A DNA stretch of 48,726 nucleotides from a virus: IMG/VR virus record IMGVR_UViG_3300045988_078204; one strand, given 5' to 3'. The translations under genes were made by a program, and so were the position numbers. The notes beneath the pieces were generated by a model that was not told the origin of the DNA, searched no databases, and was given only the letters and a program-made list of their open reading frames with translations. Position 1 is the stretch's first letter, and each line of letters starts with the position of its first letter. This document shows, piece after piece, positions 1 through 7,896 of this stretch.

Positions 1-134
1 ACTACGGAGCATCGTCAGCGACAGGATACAAGGGAGCATCGTTAGCGACAGGGGACTACGGAGCATCGTCAGCGACAGGAAACTGCGGAGCATCGTCAGC
101 GACAGGATACAAGGGAGCATCGTCAGCAAAGGAT
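1..134 (+). repeat. 27-nt coding tandem repeat units (5 units, the last degenerate), continuing the array at 48512..48726
   Basis: Units of the form (g/t/a)ac tac/aag/tgc gga gca tcg tca/tta gcg aca ggN, read directly. nt 1-79 are identical to nt 48648-48726. Confidence 0.9.
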
Positions 135-365
135 CCAGAAAGTATTGCCATTGCTTGGGGATACAAAGGACGAGTAAGTGGAGTAAAAGGATCTTTTCTC
201 GTACTAGCAGACTGGGAAGGGGATGAAAGTGAATACTGGAAACCGTATACCTGGAAACTGAAAGGAGCAAAAATGGTACGTGTGGATGGAGAACATATCA
301 AAGAAAACACATGGTACACCATGCGGAACGGAAAGATTGTGGAGGTTACGGAGGATGATAGGTAA
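1..365 (+). CDS. 3' part of a nonapeptide-repeat protein whose 5' part is at 48170..48726 (gene split by the window junction)
   Basis: Open from nt 1 (codons 3-5, 6-8, ...). It reads xYGASSATG YKGASLATG DYGASSATG NCGASSATG YKGASSAKD, then PESIAIAWGYKGRVSGVKGSFLVLADWEGDESEYWKPYTWKLKGAKMVRVDGEHIKENTWYTMRNGKIVEVTEDDR, with stop TAA at 363-365. Absent from the ORF track because it has no start in the window. Same repeat and frame logic as the open-ended ORF at the window end. Confidence 0.8.
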   Translation, partial: YGASSATGYKGASLATGDYGASSATGNCGASSATGYKGASSAKDPESIAIAWGYKGRVSGVKGSFLVLADWEGDESEYWKPYTWKLKGAKMVRVDGEHIKENTWYTMRNGKIVEVTEDDR

Positions 366-738
366 AAGAGAAATGCAAAAGATAACCATAACAGAGAAAT
401 TGATAAGAAACGAAAACGAGGCTATTGAAGCGATAAAAGCAAATATGCCAACAAGTGGGTATCAGATGTTGAGAGAGTCACTTGATATGGCAATCAAAGC
501 TCTGGAAGAAATACAGCAGTATCGGGAAATCGGCACCGTGGAAGAATTCCGGGAAGCGCAGGAGAAGCAGGAACCAATATTTGCAGAGGTGATTGTAAAT
601 GGGTGGAATTCATTTAAGTGTCCGAGTTGCGGAAGGGAATTGGAAATCGGATATAAGCATTGTATATGGTGCGGACAACATTTGAAATATAAGAGTATGC
701 GGTCAGATATTGGAGTGAGGAAGAATGAGACTGATTGA
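355..738 (+). CDS. hypothetical protein with C-terminal zinc-ribbon (CPSCG...CIWCG)
   Basis: ORF track 280..738. GGAGG at 341-345 lies 9 nt before ATG 355, which overlaps the upstream stop. An alternative ATG is at 373. Two CxxC pairs near the C-terminus. Confidence 0.55.
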   Translation: MIGKREMQKITITEKLIRNENEAIEAIKANMPTSGYQMLRESLDMAIKALEEIQQYREIGTVEEFREAQEKQEPIFAEVIVNGWNSFKCPSCGRELEIGYKHCIWCGQHLKYKSMRSDIGVRKNETD

Positions 739-1009
739 CGCTGATGAACTGATAAAGGACAGAGTAGAAAATGACCCTGTGAGAATTGCGGCTATGTGTG
801 CGCCGACTGCATATGACGTGGAAGCAGTTTCCAAGGCGTTGAAAAACGAGATGGAATTTGTTGTAAACGAATATCCAGTGTATGGGAGATATATTAAGAA
901 AAATCGTGCGATTGAAATTTTACATTCTGGTGTTATTCCACAAAAGTCACAGGAAAGCCCAGACGGAAAACGTCTGAGGGAGAGGGAAGAATTTTTTGGA
1001 GAGGAATAA
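725..1009 (+). CDS. hypothetical protein
   Basis: 94-aa ORF overlapping the upstream stop (translational-coupling layout). Same strand as its neighbours. Confidence 0.55.
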   Translation: MRLIDADELIKDRVENDPVRIAAMCAPTAYDVEAVSKALKNEMEFVVNEYPVYGRYIKKNRAIEILHSGVIPQKSQESPDGKRLREREEFFGEE

Positions 1010-1011
1010 GC

Positions 1012-1230
1012 ATGAGAACATATACAGTTATAGAATACGAAAAGGAAGATTATCAAAATTTTAAAGATAATCTTACGGACGAAAAAGCGATTGACATATT
1101 AGAACGAATTTCAAGAGGATGGTTGCCTAATTATAATTTTTCGGGAGAAGAAAGCGATTTTGAGAATTATTGTTTACATCAGGCTATATATCGTGCTCAA
1201 GATGCGTTGAGAGAAAGGACAAACAAATGA
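1012..1230 (+). CDS. hypothetical protein
   Basis: 72-aa ORF starting 3 nt after the previous stop. Its stop overlaps the next ATG (ATGA at 1227-1230). Confidence 0.5.
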   Translation: MRTYTVIEYEKEDYQNFKDNLTDEKAIDILERISRGWLPNYNFSGEESDFENYCLHQAIYRAQDALRERTNK

Positions 1231-1862
1231 GTAGAGTAAAACCGATATTATTCAATACCGACATGGTTCGGGCGAGTTTGGACGGTAGAAAAACGGTTAC
1301 AAGGCGGTGTATGAAGCCGCAACCACAAGGATATTTTGAAGTCAATGAAGAACCACTATACATATACGATACGAGTTTAGGGCAAGGACAGATACACTCG
1401 CCTTATCAGCCGGGAGATATTCTGTATGTTCGAGAAACGTGGCATAAATATACAAAGCGAGTAGGAACAGGCGAGTGTTGTCATATGGCTGAGTTTTACG
1501 GATATAAGGCAAGTATAGCCAATTCAGAAGATGCTGGAGAGAGGTGGAAACCATCTATCCACATGCCGAAAGAAGCCGCCCGTCTCTGGCTGAAAGTTAC
1601 GGATGCGAGAGTGGAGCGATTGCAGGATATAACGAACAAAGACGTTGAAAAAGAGGGCGTTGAAAAGAAGTGTATTGATAGCTATATACGGCAAATGCCT
1701 TGTGAAACAGAAGAATACATTAGACTTGCTTACATTATTGCTTTTCAAGATATATGGGATTCCATCATCAAAAAGAAAGACCTGCTACTCTACGGTTGGA
1801 ACGCAAATCCGTGGGTATGGGTAATAGAGTTTGAGCAGTGCAAGAAAACGGAGGAGATATAA
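1227..1862 (+). CDS. ASCH-domain-like protein
   Basis: N-terminus MSRVKPILFNTDMVRASLDGRKTVTRR matches the typical ASCH/phage 'KPILF..DMV.AIL.GRKT.TRR' opening. The ATG at 1227 overlaps the upstream stop. The track ORF 1170..1862 is in the same frame. Confidence 0.6.
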   Translation: MSRVKPILFNTDMVRASLDGRKTVTRRCMKPQPQGYFEVNEEPLYIYDTSLGQGQIHSPYQPGDILYVRETWHKYTKRVGTGECCHMAEFYGYKASIANSEDAGERWKPSIHMPKEAARLWLKVTDARVERLQDITNKDVEKEGVEKKCIDSYIRQMPCETEEYIRLAYIIAFQDIWDSIIKKKDLLLYGWNANPWVWVIEFEQCKKTEEI

Positions 1863-1863
1863 G

Positions 1864-2292
1864 ATGGCAATGAGAAACATTTTACATATAAGCAAATTAC
1901 AGGAGTTTGAAGATTTCCTTGAAACAAAAGGCTACATGATTGTAGCAACAAGTAAGAATCCGTTTGAAGTTTTGAGGGCACAGAAAGATGGAGATACGGT
2001 TATTGTCTATCAGAAGAAAGACACAAAAGAACATTTGTCTACAATGGACAAAGATTATCACCTTGTGCGGGAGTTTATTAAGAGACAGAGAGTGCAGACC
2101 AACGCCGACAGAATTAGAAGCATGACAGACGAGGAACTGGTGGAGTTTCTAGCTAAGACAGTTTGGAGAATGGGCGAAAATATATTCAGTTGTAAAAATA
2201 GTTCGCTTTACCCTGAATGTCTTGACGGAATGTGTGAAAAATGTCCATGCTACTTAGACTGGCTGAAAAGTCCGGCAGAAAGGGGAGAATAA
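1864..2292 (+). CDS. hypothetical Cys-rich protein, paralog A of 5742..6170
   Basis: GGAGGAG lies upstream of ATG 1864. The first ~95 aa are nearly identical to the 5742 ORF (MA.RNILHISKLQEFEDFLETKGYMI...ADRIRSMTDEEL.EFL). The C-terminus is divergent and Cys-rich, ending in DWLKSPAE. Confidence 0.7.
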   Translation: MAMRNILHISKLQEFEDFLETKGYMIVATSKNPFEVLRAQKDGDTVIVYQKKDTKEHLSTMDKDYHLVREFIKRQRVQTNADRIRSMTDEELVEFLAKTVWRMGENIFSCKNSSLYPECLDGMCEKCPCYLDWLKSPAERGE

Positions 2293-2295
2293 AAG

Positions 2296-2784
2296 ATGAG
2301 CAGAGAAATCTTATTTAAAGCCAAGCGGAAGAACTGGCGGGAGTTGCCGAAGGAAGAATGGTGGGTTGAGGGAAATCTTATCACCAACGAAAGAGAAGAA
2401 GGAACAGCATATATCGGATATATATTTGATGTTCATAACGGAGTGATTGAAGATTTTGATATTGTTGAAATCGACCCCGAAACCCTCTGCCAGTACACCG
2501 GGCTGAACGACAAGAACGGTAAGCGGATATGGGAGAATGATATTCTGCACAATGGAAACAAAATGATAGTTAAATGGAATGAGCCGTGCGGAAGATGGGA
2601 TTTATATATTGTTAATGTTAGTCATATACCAATGGGAGCATGGCGTCCACTGGTAATTGATTGGAGAACTTCTGATTGGAAAGAATATTCAGACTGTCAC
2701 GAATGCGAAGTTATCGACAATATTTTCGACAATCCCGAATTATTAGGAGGTGCAGATTTGGGATACTCCATAAAAACGTCATAG
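2296..2784 (+). CDS. YopX-family protein
   Basis: The motif LCQYTGLNDKNGKRIWENDIL, together with the N-terminal FKAKRK..W.., is typical of the YopX domain. Confidence 0.75.
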   Translation: MSREILFKAKRKNWRELPKEEWWVEGNLITNEREEGTAYIGYIFDVHNGVIEDFDIVEIDPETLCQYTGLNDKNGKRIWENDILHNGNKMIVKWNEPCGRWDLYIVNVSHIPMGAWRPLVIDWRTSDWKEYSDCHECEVIDNIFDNPELLGGADLGYSIKTS

Positions 2785-2843
2785 ACAAGAAAAAAGAGTT
2801 CCTATTAATTCCCATATGGTTATTGATATAATATAAACTGCCA
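2767..2843 (+). promoter_or_regulatory. 77-nt exact repeat copy 1 carrying an extended -10 promoter (TGATATAAT at 2824-2832)
   Basis: Identical to 7642..7718. TG-n-TATAAT is read directly. The next ATG (2848) lies only ~9 nt after the predicted transcription start and has no Shine-Dalgarno sequence, so the mRNA would be near-leaderless. Confidence 0.5.
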
Positions 2844-2847
2844 TAAC

Positions 2848-3102
2848 ATGCAAAAATACATTTGCCCGAATTGCGGACAGGCTATTGAAAATGAAAGAGA
2901 GCTAATTATGACAAGTGAATTTTATAAACCCCTTACACCCTCCTTTAGGAATGACATAAACACTGCCATAGAGAATCAAATTAAAGAGTTAAATACTTGT
3001 AAGGGCAATGCTTTTGTAAATATGCAGATTATTGGATTGACAGCACATAAAAATCTAATAAATGCATTGCCAGACGGTTATCCGATACCGTGTAAAAAAT
3101 GA
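2848..3102 (+). CDS. hypothetical protein (N-terminal CPNCG)
   Basis: 84-aa ORF directly downstream of the repeated promoter. It has no SD. Confidence 0.5.
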   Translation: MQKYICPNCGQAIENERELIMTSEFYKPLTPSFRNDINTAIENQIKELNTCKGNAFVNMQIIGLTAHKNLINALPDGYPIPCKK

Positions 3103-3326
3103 GAATTTGGAGGGAATGGAAGATGTTATATCCCAAAACTAAATTAGAGAAAAATCATACTTTTTGCACTTGCAGTATACCGAATTTCCGAAATGCGTCT
3201 GAGTGGAATAAGCCGATAAAGAGAATATCTAAATTGGTATTGCCGAAAAGTCCTTATGGAGAAACGACACATTACTTGTGCGAGGACTGTATTAAGAAAA
3301 TATATGGAGGAATAAAAGATGAGTGA
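3099..3326 (+). CDS. hypothetical Cys-containing protein
   Basis: 75-aa ORF. ATG 3099 overlaps the upstream stop. The alternative ATG 3123 has GGAGGG 8 nt upstream. Confidence 0.45.
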   Translation: MRIWREWKMLYPKTKLEKNHTFCTCSIPNFRNASEWNKPIKRISKLVLPKSPYGETTHYLCEDCIKKIYGGIKDE

Positions 3327-3534
3327 GATTAAATTAAAACCGTGTCCTTTCTGCGGAGGCGTAGCACAATTAAATTATGAACGCATTACGGGAGAGAATA
3401 AAGGATTTTGGGCACAAGTAATCTGTAGAAAGTGCCACGGACGAAGCGGTGGAACATGGGCAGGGTCTTATAGTGCGGCAGAGCGGAAAGAAGTTAATAC
3501 GTGGAACAGAAGGGCAGGTGAACAGAATGAGTGA
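3319..3534 (+). CDS. lar: Lar-family restriction-alleviation-like protein
   Basis: LKPCPFCGG...CRKCHGRSG...AAERKEVNTWNRRA has the CPFCG, second Cys pair, and WNRR signature of the Lar family. Confidence 0.65.
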   Translation: MSEIKLKPCPFCGGVAQLNYERITGENKGFWAQVICRKCHGRSGGTWAGSYSAAERKEVNTWNRRAGEQNE

Positions 3535-3748
3535 TGATTTAATCAGCCGGAAAGCGGTAATAGCTGCTGTAGACAGGCATACAAGAGAAGATGGCACTCT
3601 GGATGATGATATATCGGTAATCCTGGAAGAAGTCAAGACAGCCTTTGACAAGGAAAAGGTGGTAAAACAAATCGAAGATTACCGTGATCTTGTACCGGAG
3701 TGGGCGTTAAAAGAAATTATTGAGATTGTCAAGAAAAAGGAGGGTTGA
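3527..3748 (+). CDS. hypothetical protein
   Basis: ATG 3527 overlaps the end of the lar-like gene. The protein reads MSDDLISRKAVIAAVDRH.... The track ORF 3449..3748 is in the same frame. Confidence 0.5.
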   Translation: MSDDLISRKAVIAAVDRHTREDGTLDDDISVILEEVKTAFDKEKVVKQIEDYRDLVPEWALKEIIEIVKKKEG

Positions 3749-3751
3749 ATA

Positions 3752-3994
3752 ATGAATGATATCAACAATATTAAGAATTCGTTACGCCTTTATTTGATAC
3801 ATGAGATTCCTACGTATCATAAAGGTACAGCTAAGAGAGATATGCGGAAAATCAAAGAGGTTATGCAGAAATTTGAATATGATGATGATTTTATAGAAAG
3901 TGTCAACGATGATTTCTGCTTAGGGTGGAATACGGCGAAGGAAATTATTTCCAAAATGTTATCTGATATATATTGGAAGAACAACAGAAACTAA
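3752..3994 (+). CDS. hypothetical protein
   Basis: 80-aa ORF with GGAGGG upstream. Confidence 0.5.
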   Translation: MNDINNIKNSLRLYLIHEIPTYHKGTAKRDMRKIKEVMQKFEYDDDFIESVNDDFCLGWNTAKEIISKMLSDIYWKNNRN

Positions 3995-4020
3995 AAAGGG
4001 TTTAAACCAGGAGATCAGAG

Positions 4021-4473
4021 ATGGAGAGATTAACAGTACCAGATAAGAAGATAGACGGCGGATTAAGAAGAGCCATCATTGACGCCCGAGAAGTACGGAA
4101 AGAAGCAATGACTATTTACTGGGCGTTAAAGAAATACGAGGACACCGAACTTACACCGGAACAGATCATGGAGTTGAAAGAAGCAGTTCAGAAACTCGAA
4201 AATATATTCGGAGATGAAATTACAGTTAATCAGGTTATTGATTTTTTCGTTGATTTCTATATTGCACAGGGTGATCCAGACAGAGTGGAAAAAGCAGAAC
4301 TGTTGACAAACGAAGAAGCTGCGAAGTGGCAGGAGCTGAAAGAGCGGGATACGGCGAAGAAACCCGTGCAAACGGAAGATGGAATGGTTTGTCCGATATG
4401 TGGTAGCAAGGCAGTTCCGTGGAGCCGGTTCTGCGATGAATGCGGACAGAGATGGTGGGAAGAGGAGGACTGA
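4021..4473 (+). CDS. hypothetical protein with C-terminal zinc-ribbon (CPICG...CDECG)
   Basis: 150-aa ORF with AGGAG upstream. Confidence 0.55.
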   Translation: MERLTVPDKKIDGGLRRAIIDAREVRKEAMTIYWALKKYEDTELTPEQIMELKEAVQKLENIFGDEITVNQVIDFFVDFYIAQGDPDRVEKAELLTNEEAAKWQELKERDTAKKPVQTEDGMVCPICGSKAVPWSRFCDECGQRWWEEED

Positions 4474-4550
4474 CGTGCAGGACGGCAAGCGTCCGCAGAT
4501 ATTCTTGTCAGTGATTGGCGGTCAGCCGCCGGTGACGTTGTATATGAGAG

Positions 4551-4790
4551 GTGATAGAGGTGACGATAATTGAATTTGCTGAACGAGTATCGCCGATTCC
4601 ACTTAATAAGTTTCAGATAGAATTATTGAGAATGTATGATGAAGCTGAAAAACAGGGAATGTCTTTGCATGTGATACCACCAAGATGTGGGAAAGGAATT
4701 GTGAAAAGGATTGTGGATGAATGGAACGAGGAGAAATTAAAAACGGCTGGTATTACTGCCCCCACGGGCACAAAACAGCACAGAAAATAG
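4551..4790 (+). CDS. hypothetical protein
   Basis: 79-aa ORF with a GTG start at 4551. The in-frame GTG at 4560 is better spaced from GAGAGGTGA. Confidence 0.4.
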   Translation: MIEVTIIEFAERVSPIPLNKFQIELLRMYDEAEKQGMSLHVIPPRCGKGIVKRIVDEWNEEKLKTAGITAPTGTKQHRK

Positions 4791-4804
4791 AGAAAGATTC
4801 AAAC

Positions 4805-4891
4805 ATGGAAAATACGCCGATTTACTGCAAGCATTGTAGACGGGCGTATTATCCAGTGATTAAAGATGGAAAGATTATGGGGGTAAAGTAA
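4805..4891 (+). CDS. small hypothetical protein (28 aa, CKHC)
   Basis: Reads MENTPIYCKHCRRAYYPVIKDGKIMGVK. Its stop overlaps the next ATG (TAATG at 4889-4893). Below the ORF-track cutoff. Confidence 0.3.
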   Translation: MENTPIYCKHCRRAYYPVIKDGKIMGVK

Positions 4892-5316
4892 TGTTTGGTT
4901 TAGTTAGAAAAAAGGCACTTATACGGTACATGAAAGAAATCAAGGATGAAAACAGAGCGAGTAACATTTATGCAAAATATCCGCCTAAAGATAATAAACA
5001 GGAGAAACTGAATTGCTATTCGCAAGGATATGAAGATGGAACAGATAATTTTTACAATGTGATGGTAGATATCATCCGCAAGCACATGAATGACGGCTGG
5101 ATTCCGGTGGAGGAGCGTTTGCCGGAAGTGCCAGACGATATGGAGGACGAGTATTGTCCAGAGTTTAACGTAACAATAAAAGGGGCAAGCCGCGCAACAA
5201 CTCTAAAGTACAGTCCAGACGGCGCATGGTTTGACGACTCGGGACAAGTATATGTTGTTATCGCATGGCGACCTCTTCCAGATTTATACAAGAAAATACA
5301 GGAGGAAAATAAATGA
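4891..5316 (+). CDS. DUF551-like protein
   Basis: GWIPVEERLPE...VVIAWRPLPDLYK matches the DUF551 pattern W..V.ERLPE ... W.PLP. Confidence 0.55.
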   Translation: MFGLVRKKALIRYMKEIKDENRASNIYAKYPPKDNKQEKLNCYSQGYEDGTDNFYNVMVDIIRKHMNDGWIPVEERLPEVPDDMEDEYCPEFNVTIKGASRATTLKYSPDGAWFDDSGQVYVVIAWRPLPDLYKKIQEENK

Positions 5317-5424
5317 TAAGGGTAACTCATAAACGAAACAGATCAAAGGTACTCAGGAATCGGAAGAACAAAAGGTATATGAGACGGCATATGGATGTAC
5401 TGAGTTACTTAAGGGAAAGGGTCA

Positions 5425-5727
5425 GTGATAAAAATGAGCACAAGGGATACATACCTTAAGGATTATGGACTGACATACGAAGATGGGAGACGGATCGTTG
5501 CATACTGCCGGAAAGCCAGGGACTACGATCAGAGACTGATTCTTCAGGCAGCGCAAGAAGTATACCCGGAGATTGCACCATATCTTTTCTTAAATCTTAC
5601 AACTGGGCTTGGATATGACAGGATGGGAAATATACAGATGCAGAGGAAAGATTTTCAGGGGTACAGAAGGAAAACAATAGAGACGTATAACAGGTATATG
5701 ATACTGAATGGGAAACAGATTGTGTGA
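5425..5727 (+). CDS. hypothetical protein
   Basis: 100-aa ORF. Start is either GTG 5425 or ATG 5434. Confidence 0.5.
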   Translation: MIKMSTRDTYLKDYGLTYEDGRRIVAYCRKARDYDQRLILQAAQEVYPEIAPYLFLNLTTGLGYDRMGNIQMQRKDFQGYRRKTIETYNRYMILNGKQIV

Positions 5728-5741
5728 GGTGATGAAAATAT

Positions 5742-6170
5742 ATGGCAACTAGAAATATTTTACATATTAGCAAATTACAGGAGTTTGAAGACTTCCTAGA
5801 AACAAAAGGCTACATGATTTTGGCAACAAGCAAGAATCCGTTTGAAGTTTTGAGGGCACAGAAAGATGGAGATACGGTTATTGTCTATCAGAAGAAAGAC
5901 ACAAAAGAACATTTGTCTACAATGGACAAAGATTATCACCTTGTGCGGGAGTTTATTAAGAGACAGAGAGTGCAGACCAACGCCGACAGAATTAGAAGCA
6001 TGACAGACGAGGAACTGGCGGAGTTTCTTTCAAAATTTAGCGCCTGTAACGTATGCGGATATTATAGCAATGAAACTTATAGGTGCGACGCAGAGAGCGG
6101 TTTTGTTTGCGTGAAAGCGTATGCAGAAGCAATTATTGGGGAATGGCTGAATAAGTCTGTGGAGGCTTGA
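5742..6170 (+). CDS. hypothetical Cys-rich protein, paralog B of 1864..2292
   Basis: GAGGTGA upstream. nt 5832-6018 are identical to 1954-2140. The C-terminus is different and Cys-rich (CNVCGYY..C...C), ending in EWLNKSVE. Confidence 0.7.
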   Translation: MATRNILHISKLQEFEDFLETKGYMILATSKNPFEVLRAQKDGDTVIVYQKKDTKEHLSTMDKDYHLVREFIKRQRVQTNADRIRSMTDEELAEFLSKFSACNVCGYYSNETYRCDAESGFVCVKAYAEAIIGEWLNKSVEA

Positions 6171-6215
6171 TTTGACTTCGAAAGTGTAAAAACAATAAAA
6201 TATGGGTACAACGAC

Positions 6216-6274
6216 ACCACCCCACATGCGGTAAAATATAATTAAGAATACCGTGTGTGGGGTGAGCTTTTTTG
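6216..6274 (+). terminator. putative intrinsic terminator
   Basis: CACCCCACA...TGTGGGGTG forms a 9-bp stem, extendable by CGG/CCG, with a ~19-nt loop. It is followed by AGCTTTTTT. Confidence 0.45.
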
Positions 6275-6322
6275 AACCATGAAGGATATCAAGATCATAC
6301 AGCAGAATACGCAATCAGGAAT

Positions 6323-6445
6323 ATGGGGCGCCTTCCGTATCATACGAGGACAGCACTGTATCATCTGAATCAGATAGCGAGCTTATTAGGATTTGAAATT
6401 GTTGCCGTAAAAGATAAAAGAACAGGCAAGGAGTATAGGCATTGA
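6323..6445 (+). CDS. small hypothetical protein (40 aa), possibly coupled to the next gene
   Basis: Reads MGRLPYHTRTALYHLNQIASLLGFEIVAVKDKRTGKEYRH. Its stop TGA overlaps the TTG start of the next ORF (TTGA at 6442-6445). The frame is also open from TTG 6272. Confidence 0.3.
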   Translation: MGRLPYHTRTALYHLNQIASLLGFEIVAVKDKRTGKEYRH

Positions 6446-6867
6446 AAGAACTAGATGTAAAACAGGAAAATGAACGAAAAAAAGAATATCTTGATGGATA
6501 TAGAAAATGCGTGAGGCAGTTAGATAGGCTTAACGAAGAACTTTCAGAAATCCGAATAAATAAGATGTTCCCGTCTTTGATACAGGATGGAATGCCACAC
6601 GCTCATACCACTACTGACCTTTCTGGATATGCTGCAAGAATTGACAAAATCGAGAGAAAGATTGTGAAAGCAAGATATCAAAAGATAAATAAACTGAAAA
6701 ATATCAGGGATAGAATAGAAAGAATGAGTGATGAAAATGAGAAAGATGTACTGTTTTATAGGTACATAAAAGGAATGAAATGGGAAGAAATAGCAGTAAA
6801 AATGATGTATACGTATAGGAATGTCACAAAAATACACGGAAGGGCTTTAAAGAATTTTCAGATATAA
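6442..6867 (+). CDS. sigma-70 region-4-like phage transcriptional regulator (DUF1492/RinA/ArpU-type late activator candidate)
   Basis: The C-terminal EKDVLFYRYIKGMKWEEIAVKMMYTYRNVTKIHGRALKNF resembles a sigma region 4 helix-turn-helix (HTH). It sits just upstream of the packaging module. TTG start. Confidence 0.55.
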   Translation: MKELDVKQENERKKEYLDGYRKCVRQLDRLNEELSEIRINKMFPSLIQDGMPHAHTTTDLSGYAARIDKIERKIVKARYQKINKLKNIRDRIERMSDENEKDVLFYRYIKGMKWEEIAVKMMYTYRNVTKIHGRALKNFQI

Positions 6868-6889
6868 TGATAAATACATCCCGCTGATT

Positions 6890-7062
6890 ATGGGCGGGAT
6901 TGGTATTGCCTTGTGTGCCATCTGGGTACTGGCGACAAGCCCATTGACAAACAGTCAATCGCTATGGCGGTGTTTACGACGCTTGTGCAGGGAATTTTAG
7001 TGGCTGGACTGAGTACATACGTGAATCAGGTTATTAAGCAAATTAAAAAGATGGAGGAATAA
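6890..7062 (+). pseudogene. small two-TM membrane protein split over two reading frames
   Basis: Frame 2 reads MGGIGIALCAIWVLATSPL... and stops at 6998-7000. Frame 1 is open from ~6874 and reads ...DKPIDKQSIAMAVFTTLVQGILVAGLSTYVNQVIKQIKKMEE, stopping at 7060-7062. Each frame holds one hydrophobic helix, and the frames meet near 6930-6940. Confidence 0.35.
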
Positions 7063-7065
7063 TTT

Positions 7066-7335
7066 ATGTGTGATATGAGACCAATGGAATTAAGAGATAC
7101 TGTTGACATGATGAACAGCGAGGACTACAAAGAGAGATTCAAAGCAGAATATTATCAGACTGTTATCAGATACGGAAAGCTGAAAAATATGCTGGACAGA
7201 TGGGATGAGGGAATCCTGAACTTTTCCCCGACCTGTCCGAGAAGTACATACAATATTCAGATTAATTCTATGGCAGAATATATTGCGATTCTTGAAGCAA
7301 GGGCAGTTATGGAAGGAATTGAGTTGTGTAAATAG
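7066..7335 (+). CDS. conserved phage hypothetical protein
   Basis: 89-aa ORF with GGAGG 7 nt upstream. The helical KERFKAEYYQ...LKNMLDRW motif recurs in small phage proteins. Confidence 0.55.
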   Translation: MCDMRPMELRDTVDMMNSEDYKERFKAEYYQTVIRYGKLKNMLDRWDEGILNFSPTCPRSTYNIQINSMAEYIAILEARAVMEGIELCK

Positions 7336-7345
7336 GAGGTAAGTT

Positions 7346-7498
7346 ATGTATATGGCATTAACAGAGGAGCAGGCGTGGGAAATCAGAAAACTCGGAATTA
7401 CAGTGATTGAATGGAAATGGTGCGTGAAGGAAAATGTGAATGTGTTTATATACATTATGAATAAAGCCATAGGAAAAGCAACCGGTATAAGTTTGTAA
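7346..7498 (+). CDS. small hypothetical protein (50 aa)
   Basis: Strong AGGAGG lies 7 nt before ATG 7346. Reads MYMALTEEQAWEIRKLGITVIEWKW.... Below the ORF-track cutoff. Confidence 0.45.
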   Translation: MYMALTEEQAWEIRKLGITVIEWKWCVKENVNVFIYIMNKAIGKATGISL

Positions 7499-7580
7499 AA
7501 ATTCTTGGTGCAATGGGATATGATAAGCAGAGAGTATGGACACTAACAAGGCACACATGGCTTGCAAGGAGTAATTGTTA

Positions 7581-7640
7581 ATGCTTACACCAGAATACCT
7601 ATACCGCATAACCGAAGGGGCTGAGGAGATTAGTTCCTAG
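7581..7640 (+). pseudogene. truncated gene start (19 codons) with intact RBS
   Basis: AAGGAG upstream. MLTPEYLYRITEGAEEISS then stop. It resembles the N-terminus of phage minor capsid or head-morphogenesis proteins. It ends exactly where the 77-nt repeat begins. Confidence 0.3.
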
Positions 7641-7641
7641 A

Positions 7642-7718
7642 TCCATAAAAACGTCATAGACAAGAAAAAAGAGTTCCTATTAATTCCCATATGGTTATTG
7701 ATATAATATAAACTGCCA
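7642..7718 (+). promoter_or_regulatory. 77-nt exact repeat copy 2 with extended -10 promoter (TGATATAAT at 7699-7707)
   Basis: Identical to 2767..2843. It lies ~60 nt upstream of the tRNA-like gene. Confidence 0.5.
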
Positions 7719-7775
7719 AGATCAATAAAGGAATACTAAAATATTTAAAAAATGTTATCCGAACAATGCGGAGAT

Positions 7776-7848
7776 TGGGATATAGCTCAGTTGGTAGAGC
7801 ACCTTTCTTATACACAGCAAGTCCTCGGTTCGATTCCGAGTATCCCAA
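7776..7848 (+). tRNA. tRNA-like gene, formal anticodon UAU (Ile, AUA), with a weak anticodon stem
   Basis: Acceptor stem TGGGATA/TATCCCA. D arm GCTC-AGTTGGTA-GAGC. T arm CTCGG-TTCGATT-CCGAG. Canonical 73-nt length. The loop CTTATAC has U33 and A37. However, the anticodon stem CCTTT/ACAGC forms only 3 of 5 pairs. No encoded CCA. Confidence 0.6.
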
Positions 7849-7850
7849 AT

Positions 7851-7871
7851 CCGGAGAAATGCAATCTCCGG
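7851..7871 (+). other. perfect 7-bp hairpin CCGGAGA-AATGCAA-TCTCCGG directly after the tRNA-like gene
   Basis: Read directly. There is no U-tract after it. Confidence 0.6.
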
Positions 7872-7896
7872 AAATTTCACTTACCCCTCGACAGAC

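Noticed and set aside
7776-7848. Possible suppressor tRNA or stop-codon recoding.
   Set aside because: The formal anticodon is UAU, not a stop anticodon. All large structural genes are intact long ORFs under the standard code.
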